Shown here piece by piece: positions 12,196-23,849 of a DNA stretch of 64,000 nucleotides; position 1 is the stretch's first letter, and every line of letters begins with the position of its first letter. The DNA is taken from contig CDPCPM010000280.1 of NCBI GenBank assembly GCA_976551045.1, forward strand, positions 3,162,001-3,226,000, given 5' to 3'. The translations under genes and the position numbers were made by a program. The notes below the pieces were generated by a model. The model did no database searches. It was not told where the DNA came from and saw only the letters and a list, made by a program, of their open reading frames with translations. The stretch comes from Glaucostegus cemiculus. Lineage: Eukaryota.

Positions 12196-13563
12196 TAGTT
12201 AGGGTGCTACAATTGTCATTAGAGCATCCTGTGATCAGGGAATGATGTACAAAGCTCTCACATTTGATCATATCTCGTGACCCTCCCAAGAAGAGCTATT
12301 CTGTGCTTGGTTGACAGCCGTGGTTTGGATTTGCTGTGCCCCCTTGATCAAATGGCCCATCTACACCCATTCATAAATAACAGAACTGGCACAAAGTAGC
12401 AAGGAAGGTCAGTGACACTGGGTCTCCAACTTATCAAGGAGTCAAAATCTTCGGTACCAGAAAAGTAAGGAACTTGTGGTTTAAATGGGTGAATGCATAC
12501 GTTTTACTTCATCTTTAAAAACTTATCTGTGCTTCCTACAGAAACTCAACCTCTGACCAGCAAGCTACAAATCAATCAAGTTCATACTAATGTCACTGCT
12601 TCCATCTCTAGTGCTTGGGGAAACCTTGATAATAGTGCAATAAAATGTTGAGATTACGACTAGTTTATTTGTCAGTGAGAAAGGAAGCAGCTCATTCATT
12701 CTGTGCTTTCTGATTCAGAGTGTGGAGACTCCCACTTTCCGAATTACATGCATGCTAAATGTTGAAAATAAATAAATTCACAGCTTCAACATCAAGCAGC
12801 CTTAATAAATAAGTAGTGGATTTAAAACGATTAGGTTCTTCACAAAGAAATCACTTGGAGGTACGAACTCAAACCATTCATGTGATCTTTCATGGAACGA
12901 ACCACTGGCAACTCAGCCATGAGGAAATCTTCAAAACCAATTCATTGGGAAACAATGAGCTACAGTGTTGGACATTAATGCTGTTTTTTTTGCATTTAAT
13001 CCTCACATTGTGATCATATTGTACGCTACTGAGGGATTGCTTCAATGTACTAGGAACCCCTAGCACTGCAAAGGAAAACTTAATCACAGAACTGAAACAG
13101 TTTTTTAATGCAAAGCTTGCTATCAGTGAAATTAAAGAAAGTAAGCACTGAGTTGCAATTTGGACCTAACTTGGTTGATTTTGTGATTTTGGTGTTTGAT
13201 TTTTGCTCTCTTATTATGCTTGTATTTAGTCAGTGCTACATAGGCTGGAAGACTGTTGCTCTTTTAGCTCTGACCAAAGTACTGACTAGATGTATACAGT
13301 GAAATTTCTGTGTGTGTGTGACTTTACTTCATTTAAAATGACTGCTTCACTTTCCTGCACATTACAACTGTTACCACACTTCAAAGCCTAATTTATTGAC
13401 AACAACGCGCCTTGGGCTAGGAGGATGTGATAAGGTATGATAGAAATGTGAAATGTGTTCGTAATTTGGGTTGCTGCCCTGGACAAAGTTGTGGGTGAGA
13501 ATAGGACTCTGCCATGGTGATGTATGGAATTATATCCCAATTTTCTGAAATATCCAAGGATTT

Positions 13564-13752
13564 GGAAATAAAAATGGAAAATGCTGGAAAAATCAACGTG
13601 TCAGGCAGAATCTGGGGAAAGGGAAACCGAGTTAACATGTCTGATGAAGACTGTTGACTTGATACCCTTACTGTTTCTCCTGCATCAGAAACATTACCTC
13701 GGTTTCTCTGTCTGACCTATTGTGTATTTCCAACATTTTCTGTTTTTATCTC
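13564..13752. mobile_element. Fold-back pair of Penelope-like ends with internal CTGATGA
   Basis: Inverted outer arms, inner inverted gaaaccgag/ctcggtttc, CTGATGA at 13641-13647. Confidence 0.65.
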
Positions 13753-16389
13753 AGTTTATGGATATATTTTGAAGAAAGGGAAGGAGTTTACTTTGCAGAA
13801 AGATCTTTTACTTTCATATTTTTTATTATGGGGTAATGTAAAAGAGAAAGAGAAAGATTTTTTTAAAACTTTGTTTTAACAGCTGGTAGGAAATAGATTT
13901 CCATTGTGAACTCCCAGAAACCAAGGCAGCTTAAGAATTTCTACATTTTGTTTGTAGTTCTTGGTTTACAAACAAGTAATTCCTGTTACTGTATGCAAAT
14001 TCAAATTGCATTATGTAATAATTGCACTGTTTATTTATAGAGAACTGATACTGTTGTTCAGAATTTGAACAAGGGGGCCCTAGGAGTCCAGCACTATTTG
14101 GGAATGGATTGTTCACACTTCATAAAGAAAAAAACTCAGAGACTTCATGCTACTACTGAGCAATAATGGTGGGACATAGGGCCAGATTAAAACTCTCCTT
14201 TTGGAGAATGTAAAGGAAACCTAGAAAGTAGGAAAGTAAGAGAAAGAAAATGAAAGAGGTCAAGGGACCACGTTCTCACACCTTCTAAGTGGCATGGGCT
14301 CAGATCAATCAGTCCCACTTGTGTTCTTGGTTGCAGGGGGGATGGGATTCAGGAAGTCAAAAAGGGATACAGAAGAAATGGAAAACACACTACACATAAC
14401 AAATCCAAGAAACTTCATCAGATGCCAGCCAGTTGAACAGTCTCAACTATTGACAAACCTGAGGATTTGTTTAATAGTGAATTGGCTAGGAGAATTGCCA
14501 GGAAAGTGCCACAGAGTGTATTGTAGAGTAGTTGAACATTACTGTCACCAGTGTCTCTAGTCACACAATGTTGTGCAAGATGGATATACTCAAGTAACTC
14601 CCAAAGCAAAGAATACTTAGAATGCTGGAAGTTCATTTTACTCAGATATTTAATTGAATATATTTCTCCAACAAGATTGGGTAGAGAAGAAAAACTATGT
14701 TTTCATCTCTGCGTTTGAATTCAGCTCATACCTCTGCCAGCTGGTCAAGTCTCTATTGAAATCATCTCTGGGTGGACTCAGTCCAGTTTTTATTGGCAAA
14801 AGCCCAGAGGAGAAGAGTTGGAGTAACTGGCTACTAATTGGCCTTCTCAGTCCACAATAAGAAGGAAAACATGGCCTATGTGGGAAATAGCAATATTACA
14901 AGGACGTGACAAGATTTTTTTCAGCAGAAGCTTAAGGCAGGTTGAAATCGAGGAAGTGGAATCACTCAGGAGTCTTTGATAGTAAGATTAAGACTGATAC
15001 ATCACATTGTCCAGTAATGCTTCACAATAAAGTGCAAGAGAAAGTTTTACCAATTTAAAGGCAATGTATAAATGTAAGTTGTTGAGATTGTTGTTACTGT
15101 TGTATGCTTCTTAAACGAGGAACTGAAAGGGAATTTCAGTCGATTCTCAAGATAATCACATTGCTCTCTTTTTGAAGTTTGGGATTTTGCCTGCTGCAAT
15201 GAATTTATTCTCAGAATCTGGTATTCTGATTTTTTGTGATTATTCTCTTACAGCACATTTATTTTGTTGGTATTCAGTTTCTCCATTTAAGTAATTCATG
15301 TTGTTTTCTGAACAGAGAGTCCTAGGGGTGTGTTAAGATTTGCAAAGGATCCCTGGGGAAATGCCAATATCTCTACAGGGTCTCTAGGAGCATGTCACCT
15401 TTTGCAAAGGACCACCACGTGTGTATCAATATTTGGACAGACTCCCTACGCAGGGTGTGTCAGTATTTGTGAGGAATCCTCAGGATTGAGTCATTATGTG
15501 CAGGGATTCAACACAAATATTAAAAAATAATTACAATACAAATTTAACATTTCCCCCAAAGTAAAAGTATATTTAATAGTTGCATATTGTTGGAAATGGA
15601 ATAATGTGTCTCAGATTTTTAAGTTGTTGATTTTTAAATAGCCTTTTAAAACAGCTATTTTCTTTGACTGGAATGTCTCTCACATACATATATTTCTTGT
15701 AGTATGGGTAATGTGTGATATTTTAAAGTGATGTACAGTGGTTTTTAAGATATGATTTTTACATGTTCTGATGCCTTTCAGTTTGAATGCATCAAACCTG
15801 GTATCTTTCTATTCTTTGATCAGTAGCAGATGAGCCATTGCATGCATTTACTCTGTTATACGGGAGCTTATGGGAAACAGATGCCACTTTATGTGTGAGA
15901 AATAATACACATGAGATCATGTTCTGGTACCTTAAGACCATGCATACTAAGGAGAGTATTCTAAGACTGATGGAATTGCTTGTCATGCTTTTGCACAGTG
16001 AAACATTTGTCCTTCCTATTCATCTGTTCTGACTTCCAGCTTGGCCTTTTAAATTTAACTTTAACCATGTTGGCAATTGCTAAGTACTCCCCTCACATCC
16101 CTCTAAGGTCATTAAGACTGATGTATTTCCATTTTACTCCAAGGAAAACTCCACTGCCCATTTTCTGAGGTTCTTTTTTACCCATCCACATCATCTTCAG
16201 TGGTACCCAAGCCACAATACATTTAATTCAAAATCCTTTTCCTTATTTCATATTTCTTTCTGGATTCACCCAGTTTAAATCTGCAACCTAACCAATGCTA
16301 TTTGCCCTCTGACTTTGGTTGGTTTTGCATTTCTGCAATCCACATTATGGGCACCAGAAACTTTAGCCAGGTCAGCTCCACTCTCTGCT

Positions 16390-16645
16390 AATTGGTATCA
16401 CTTTTGCTTGTGAGGCAGAAGGTTGTGAATTTAACTTCTACTCCTGCCTTGAGTCCAAAGGTTTAGGCTGACACTCCAGCAGAGTAGTGAGGGGATGTTG
16501 TCCTTCAGATGAGAAGTTAAACTGTGCCCTAACTGCTCTTTCAGAAGGATGTATAAGATCCTATGGCTGTATTTTAAAGAACAAATAAATTTTCTATGCT
16601 GTGCTGGCTATTATTAACCTCAATATCAAGGGAACAGATTTTCTT
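16390..16645 (+). mobile_element. Deu-domain SINE
   Basis: taggctgacactccagcagagtagtgagggg..cttcagatgagaagttaaac. Confidence 0.7.
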
Positions 16646-16711
16646 CTAGTTCTTGAAGCATCTGTCAATTCCTTTGCATTGCATAGCAAAGTAAACAGGA
16701 GTAGGTTGAGA

Positions 16712-17075
16712 GCAAAGTGGTGCTGCTACTTCACAGCTCCAGGGATCGGGGCTCAGTCCTGAACTCCAGTGCAGTCTGCGTCAAGTTTGCAAGTTCTCCT
16801 TGTGACTTCCTGGATTTCCATCAGGTGCACTAGTTTCCTTCCACATTCTAAACACATGCTGGTCAATAGGTTAATTACAATAAATTACCCTCCCGTGAGT
16901 GGGGGTGGGGAAGGGTGGGGAAGGGTGGGGAAGGGTGGGGCAGACCATCAGGGGAAGGGGGAATGTTAATGGCAATGTGAGAGAAAAATTGGGTTGGGGC
17001 AGACAGCTGCTTGGTGGTTGGTGCACACATAGTGGACCCAAAGGCCTGTTTCTGTGCTCTGTGATTGTGTGACTC
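16712..17075 (+). mobile_element. HE1-type V-SINE with internal (AAGGGTGGGG)n expansion
   Basis: tcacagctccaggga head, agtttgcaagttctccttgtgac V-domain, aaggcctgtttctgtgctctgtga tail. Confidence 0.8.
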
Positions 17076-17149
17076 AATTATACAATAGGTTGAAATTTTA
17101 CATATCCATACACAATTACAGATTCAATTGAAATGCTTTAATTCTTAAC

Positions 17150-19110
17150 CTCTGAGAGCTCCTTAACTGTAAGGGAGTATTTGTAATCCCTGAAGTGTCC
17201 ACCCCAGGTGCATGCACCTTTGTGGATCATCTCCTTTTGTAAGCTGTACATCATCCACTTGGTTGAAGGTTCCTGTGCCTCCTGACACACTTGATGGCTG
17301 CATCATAGAAAACATCCTATTAACTCACATCCATTCTCACCCTGGATCTCACGTTCTTGATCACGTTATGGATAGCAAATCAGCAGATTACAAGGATTTG
17401 GGAGTTTGGATCAATTAATTCACACATTAATTGATCCATACTCCAAGCCCTTGTAATCCATAGATCTATGTACTTAAGAAGTCGGTCATGTGTTATTGGG
17501 ATTGCTGGTAAACACTGCACTTTCCTCCAGAGCCCTCTTCTCCTCCCACGGCAGAGCTCAGATAGAGTGTCCGTATCAGGCATATGAATGATGTTGCCTG
17601 TTCAGTACAGCTGATTGAGTATAACGAGGTCTTCAACACAGAGTCTGTTACCTGGGAGAGGACGATGATGTTGGTTTGTTCATTTTTACAATGAATTTGG
17701 GGATTTTGTGGAGGCAAGCTGCAAGGAGTTATCTGCCATGGAGACTAATGTCTACACCCATTTCTGACAGTGTTATTTGGTTCTTAAACAGCTTCTCCTC
17801 CACTGTGCATCATGGTCATAAAGTACCAGCACTACCCAGTAATAAATGGGCTTAGCTCCTGGATAATTGGAAGTTTGAGTATTATACTCAACAGTACCAC
17901 TGTAAGAACTGATGAAGAGATGGTCCTACTGTGATAAAAGCTTCTGTAGGCCTTCAGGTGCTGAGCCAACACAATGGATCACCACCCAGTACTTCCTAGT
18001 CATTTTAAACCATCTCATGCAAAAGGCCACAATCATTGGCAGATTTCCCTCCATTCTCTTATTCTGGATGGTGTATAACAATTTCTTGAAAAATGCAATT
18101 CCTCCAAAGGGTATAACTTTGAAACAACCAATTATCAATTACCAGTGGATCAGCACTAAGTAATCCTTTGTACATGTTGTGACCTATTAATAGATGATCT
18201 ACCAGCCTTGTCAATTCTCAGCTTGAATAGATGATCATTTGTTGAAACTGTGACCTTGTAATCAACAAAGTGGTGTTTGTCAGGCAGTAAGTATGCCATT
18301 AATTCCTGGGGTGGCCCTGTGTGCCTGTTGGTGTTGTGTCACTCCATGACTGCTTTTCATTGTGGTTACACGTATCTCTTCCATTTTTCAAGCCATTATC
18401 ACCCAAGAATTTCCCACCAAAGCTGCTTTATGAAACCTCACAATCCAGCTATGTGGATAAAGAAGGTGTCACCACCAATACCACCTTTTTCGCTTGATTG
18501 ATGCTTGCACTCCAGAATTTCATCCAAAGTGAAACTCCCTCATATTTTAAGCAACATTTCCACATGGCTGCCACCCTACATGCTCCTTCAAATGTAATAT
18601 TTGCATATTAAATAGTTTTTCCTTAATTCTCTCATCAACCAGTCTGCACACTAAGTGATTGCGAAATGGCCAATGTAAAGCATCTAGAAATTGCTCCCAT
18701 TTGCTAGTGCTTTTAGCATGGCTAACTATTTGCCAGTCATTTTGTCTAGTCCCTGGCTGCACATGCCAAACTTGTAGCTCTCAAAAATCTCCAACAAAAT
18801 CAAATCACACTGTACCTTCAGGCTTTCACTATAGCCTGATGAGGTAGCTCATCTGTAGTTCCTGTACTGAAGAGACTCACCAACCTCTCATATGCGTCCC
18901 GTCTTACTACCAGCAAAAACCTCATCTTTTTCTTCTCACACCACCATGTATCTTTGTTCTGTGTCATCTCCTGGAACTTCAACGATGTTGTTCAGCCTAA
19001 GGAACAACTTGACATTCTCCAGTACAGGAGAAATAACTGAGACCGATCACATTTCTTGGGCTCACTGATGTATCTGACACATTCACTGCCTCTGTTACCA
19101 TTGGCCCACT
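17150..19110 (-). mobile_element. Heavily decayed Gypsy-type LTR retrotransposon gag-pol remnant
   Basis: Minus-strand fragments in the expected order: gag-like AYERLVSL, FESYKFG..Q, LKALA, LVCRLVDERIKEKL; protease-like LRIDKAG and LPMIV..RW..W; RT-start-like PGAKPIY. Many stops and frameshifts; LTRs not identified. Confidence 0.65.
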
Positions 19111-20339
19111 CTAAGAATGCTGTTCTCTATTCCCCTCACACACAACTGCTGTTCTGCTACTCCTTCAAACTTGATATTGGTTCCTTTCTGTTGCTGCTTC
19201 CATAAGTATATAAATAGAGGTGGAGCTGTAAACAGAACTTCCTTCATTGTAGGCAGAAACTCTCAACTAACAACAGTCCCGGGAACAATAATGTATCAAA
19301 AATCATACAACATGGTATACTTAGTTCTTAAAAATACTGTTATATTCATAGAGACTACAATTCTCACACTACAATTTTCACACTACTCTTTGTGCGCATT
19401 TGCTACCTTTAACATAATGAGCATTCCATGACACTTCAAAGAGAAAATAGATACTGACCTTTACAAATTAAAAGCCACCATTACTCTGCATTATACCAAT
19501 TTTTAAATCTTTCCCGTGGGGGAATCCCCTGGAAATCTGCAGACCCTCCTCCTGGATGAATACTGGTGCACATTGGGATTTTTTTTGCAAACACTAATAT
19601 CCACAGGGAATTCCCTGCATACACTAATAGTCTATGGAACTCCTGTTTCCATCCACTGAAATGCATCCTGGAGTATCAATGGGAAAACAGTGTTGTCACA
19701 GCTGAAAACACATGTTAATAAATCAACAACTACAGATTCGAATGACCTGGCAGATTCTCTGAAGTAGCATTGGCTAATGTTCTTAGGGCCCCACACCTAT
19801 TTGAACATTTACAGTTATCCATTCCAGGTATTTTTAGTACACTGGGTTGTTTTGTTCCCACCTTCCACTCAGTCTCTTATTGTTAGGCTCATCATAACCA
19901 GTAACTGAATTACTATTTAAGCAAATGTGATTTACAACAACTTTGCATTTATGTAGTACCCTTAACATTGTAAAGTGACCCAGGCCACTTTGAAGTGATT
20001 TAATACAAGTATGAGAATTTTAAAAGTTTCGAGAGTAACTTTTCATAAATCATCAGGAAGATGGGTGTTAAAAAGTTTTAGTTTAAAATCACTTGATTAA
20101 AATGCAAATCGCGAGTCACTCACAATACAAACTAGACTAGAAAGCCCAGACGCTTTGTTTTTGGCAAGGGAATCATTTTAGCTTTAATGCAATTTAAGCA
20201 AATGTTGGTAATTCAAGACCAAGATTTCCTCTCGTTGAATAAGCACTTTAAAAGTCTGTTTGACTGAATATTAAAGTATGATGTCGTGGTCTCAGGCCCT
20301 CTGGATGTACAGTGTGAATTTGAAGGCTCTGATCTTTAC

Positions 20340-21200
20340 TTTATAGTTCTGAGTTATCAATCATTCGGAGCTGACAGCTACCTCGCACACAGACCCATTC
20401 ATAGTTTCCAGCTGGCTGGCCTTCGAGAACCCCTCACTTCTGAAGAGCACCCAGATCCTCCGCAATTTTCCAGCAGATGTTACATTCATCATTGTCACTG
20501 GATTACATCGACTCCTTGTCGTCTGGCCGAGGGATATAAAGTGACGATTAACGTACGTTTGCAAGTGCGTTTGTTGTCCGGGTTTATTACGGGGCAACAT
20601 TTTTGCTGTCGTGTTCAGCAACAGAATTACTGAGACTCAGGGATTCAGATGATGTCAAAAACGATCGAGACAATGACCACCAGCTGATATCAAATTAACC
20701 CTTTAAAGCTACCGATGATGTTACTCTGAAAACTCAAGGCGCGGAGCTGAAATGTCCCTCTCCGCTGTGTGATTACAGCTGTTCGCTCATTCTGCACTTA
20801 AACCATTTAAAGCCTCGCTAAGTCAACGAGGAGCTGACTTTCGCACCAGATTTTCATAAGAAGCTCCCCATAACAAGTTTCCGGCTATTAATTATTGAAG
20901 AAAATAAGTTCCTCTCATTCGCAGTACCCACCCCGCCCCGATCCCCACTCCACCCCCCCAGACAGTTTTCTCTCACTGCCGGGCTACAGCGATCTCCCGC
21001 AGGGCACTGCCAGCCAATCGCCCGTGCACTGGAACCCGCGGTGAGAGGGGAGGCTGCCCCCTTGCTTACAGCCGTGGCTGAAGTGGCTTCTACCAGGAGC
21101 GTTACCCGGAGAAGTTTCGAGTGACAGCAGCTCTGGGACTCAAACACTGCACCACTTTTAAGTTGCTTTACTGAGCTGCCTTGTTGACGAGTTTTTTGGC
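20340..21200. promoter_or_regulatory. CpG-rich island-like region with GC box and CCAAT box (candidate intronic promoter/enhancer)
   Basis: About 17 CpG by hand count in 20821-21120 against a CpG-depleted background; CCCCGCCCC 20931-20939; AGCCAATCG 21012-21020; no recognisable TE. Confidence 0.6.
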
Positions 21201-21784
21201 TGCACCTTCCAGCGTGAAATCAGGTTTCCTCTCTCTCTTAATTCCTACATAAATAATAAAATTCCCAATGATGGAGTTTTAATAGGTTGGAATCCTTAGG
21301 GATGCTCGTATGTGAATTTTCATATTATTTCAAATCGCAGGTTCCATGTAAAGTGCCAATATAATATCCTATGAGTAGTGAAGTGTTTGGAAACCACGTA
21401 AATGAGCATGTTCACAGAAGCAGTTATTTACGTGTACATTTTTGTCCCCTCAATAAGCACGATTTGCAGAGGCAAAAGGAAGACAGCGGCCCTGCTGAAA
21501 AAGTATATCTGGGGAAGGGCGAGGACAGCAGCTGGGTTTTAAAGAGTCTTGTTAAAAAGGTAACGAAGATAGGCGGGCCTAAGAAGGAATTCCGGAGTTT
21601 GGGTGGAGGTGGGAGGAAGCAGGGGGGCAAGGCAGCTGAAGACATGGCTATGTGGTGGGGGGTGGGGGGGGTGCAGTGGAAGTTGAGTGGGTAAAGGAAC
21701 TGCCAAGAGAACAGAGTTGGATCAGGGTGGACGCATCAGAAGTAAGGTGTGTATGGGGAATATCATGTCTTAAATGCAGGACAA

Positions 21785-21866
21785 GGGTCTTTGACCTGTA
21801 GCATTAACTTTCCCTGCCACGGATGCTGCTTGATTTACTGAGTGTTTCCAACAGTTTCTATTTTTA
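21785..21866 (+). mobile_element. Penelope-like end, decayed
   Basis: ggtctttgacc hairpin followed by cattaact..cacggatgctgcttga..ctgagtgtttcca. Confidence 0.55.
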
Positions 21867-23714
21867 AGTGCACAACCACTGATTTAAATGAAGGGAGCAT
21901 TACACCTCAAAGAAAAGCAAAGTACACCTGGGGCAACTTCAAAATCACAACCCAGGATTCTGCAACATTTATGCAAGTGTTACAATGAGATCTCATTATT
22001 TTATTGCTGCAGAAAAGGTTCAGCAGAAGTTGGCGCTCAGACCATTCCTCTACTATTATCTCTTCCCCATTTGCACTCCTTGCCATCCGAGTTTCCATAG
22101 ATCTTCTCTTGTGCTCTAGTATTGAATTCATGTATCCCCAGCAATAGCTAATACTTCCCTAACTGCCTAGCCAAGGTAGCGAGCAGAGGTTTGTCCTGAA
22201 GCTATTGCACTGAACTGGTTATTCACTGTTAAAATAAGGGTGTAGTTAATTGAAATTGTTTACCGCGGTGGAATCATAGAATACACCTAGTTTTATACCT
22301 GTTCCTTCATTAATAGGGTAATCCTACTATCAGTCCGCAGCAGTAGTTTACAAAAGGCTCTGTGTGTCCTGCCTCTGCCAATACTATTCAAAAACATCAG
22401 CAAACACAGAGCACTAATAGTAGATAAACAAAAATCTGACTGAACTGTGGACCTCCTGTGATCCAATTATGCATTTTATGAGATCTACAAATCCCAGTTG
22501 AAAACAAAGGATATTTTTAACCTAATTTGCTGGCTGGAAACTCACAGTACTGATGGAATGCCACTTTTACACCACATAATATCAGTTGACTTTGATGAGG
22601 AGTAAAATCAGGTGGGTGGTAAAGTCACTATTCCCTAAGACTTTTCAGTTTCTCAACAGGGAGGTGAGATTAAAATTGTTCTCCAATGCTGTCCAAGGTG
22701 TTTTATCTTCTGTAATGGTACATGGTAAGAAGGCTGGAAAGCCAATTCTGAAGTTTAAATCCATAGTTTCTAATAACTTAGTGTAAGTCAAGTTGTGATA
22801 CATAATTTACCCTCTCATGAGGCAACACTACTAAAACTGGCCTTTTCAAAACCTGAAGATTCTGTCAATTCTTTTTCATGGAGCCACAATGTGACAAACA
22901 ACAGAAAATAAACATCCTTGCCTGTGCTTTGTGCACCAAGAGCCAGCATTTGGAAACTGCAAGTTGTCATTGACCATCTGTTTGAACATTCTTACTCTAT
23001 ATTGCCCAACCAAGAAGGTTTGCTCTCACTGAAACTACATAGAGATAGTAGGGGACAGGGTTAATGTTGCAGGCCCAAATCTCTGTCCAGGCATTGCACA
23101 GTTCCAGATGATGCAACGTCTTTACAGGTTAGTAAAGATGTGAGCGTTAAGAAAGAGGCATCTTATAAATCGACAGGCCTTTTTAAAGTGGAAATGAAGC
23201 TATATTAAGAAATATGTTTAATTAGAATTAAGATTGTACAGGCAATTCTATCTTGTAATCAATGGAATATTTGTCATGTATTCCCATGTTGATAATGCAA
23301 AACAACAGGGAGTATTCTGCTTTTAAAAAATTGTTTCTTTGCACTAGGCGCAACATGATTTTCAAACCCAAGTATAGTTTACAAATGAATTTAAAAGATA
23401 TTTACATAAGATGTACCAGTTGGACCTATTTTACAGGGTTCCTGCCTCAGGTTAGCTAACACACATAACATACAAGAGAAAAAGTGGAGAAAACATACAT
23501 TAACCGAGCATGCTTCAGCACTTTAACACCGCTAACTTCCAGCTCCTTGTTGTGTTGCAACATTTAATCTTTGCGTTAACATGTCTGATGCTGTGTAGTG
23601 TTTTTATTGTGAAATTCTGTTCAGACTATTGCACCTAGTTTTGTACATGGAGTTCGATCAAAAGAAATTGCTTCACAACAGGATTCTGGAATCAGTTCCA
23701 TAAAGACAACTCAC

Positions 23715-23849
23715 CTGGTCATTAATCTGACATGCTACTAAATTTTGCTGGTTGTAGGAGTGTGCTGAACGTATGTACTTTAGCCAGTTCCCGCTTCCAG
23801 GCTGGTTTGCATCAATGCAGAATTTTACATTCCCCAGCTCATCAACAAT
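23715..23849 (-). CDS. MECOM: Internal coding exon of MECOM (PRDM3/MDS1-EVI1), PR/SET domain; equivalent to MECOM exon 3 / EVI1 exon 2
   Basis: Acceptor ttctattattttgcAG, donor CAG|GTGAGT, 135 nt, phase 0/0, encoding IVDELGNVKFCIDANQPGSGNWLKYIRSAHSYNQQNLVACQINDQ. The NVKFCIDA, WLKYIR and NLVACQINDQ motifs fit MECOM better than the paralogue PRDM16 (from recalled protein sequences). Confidence 0.88.

Noticed and set aside
1-23700. Next MECOM exon (IFYRV..MKSED-like)
   Set aside because: Not found by eye; probably beyond the window start, but TBLASTN is needed to exclude it
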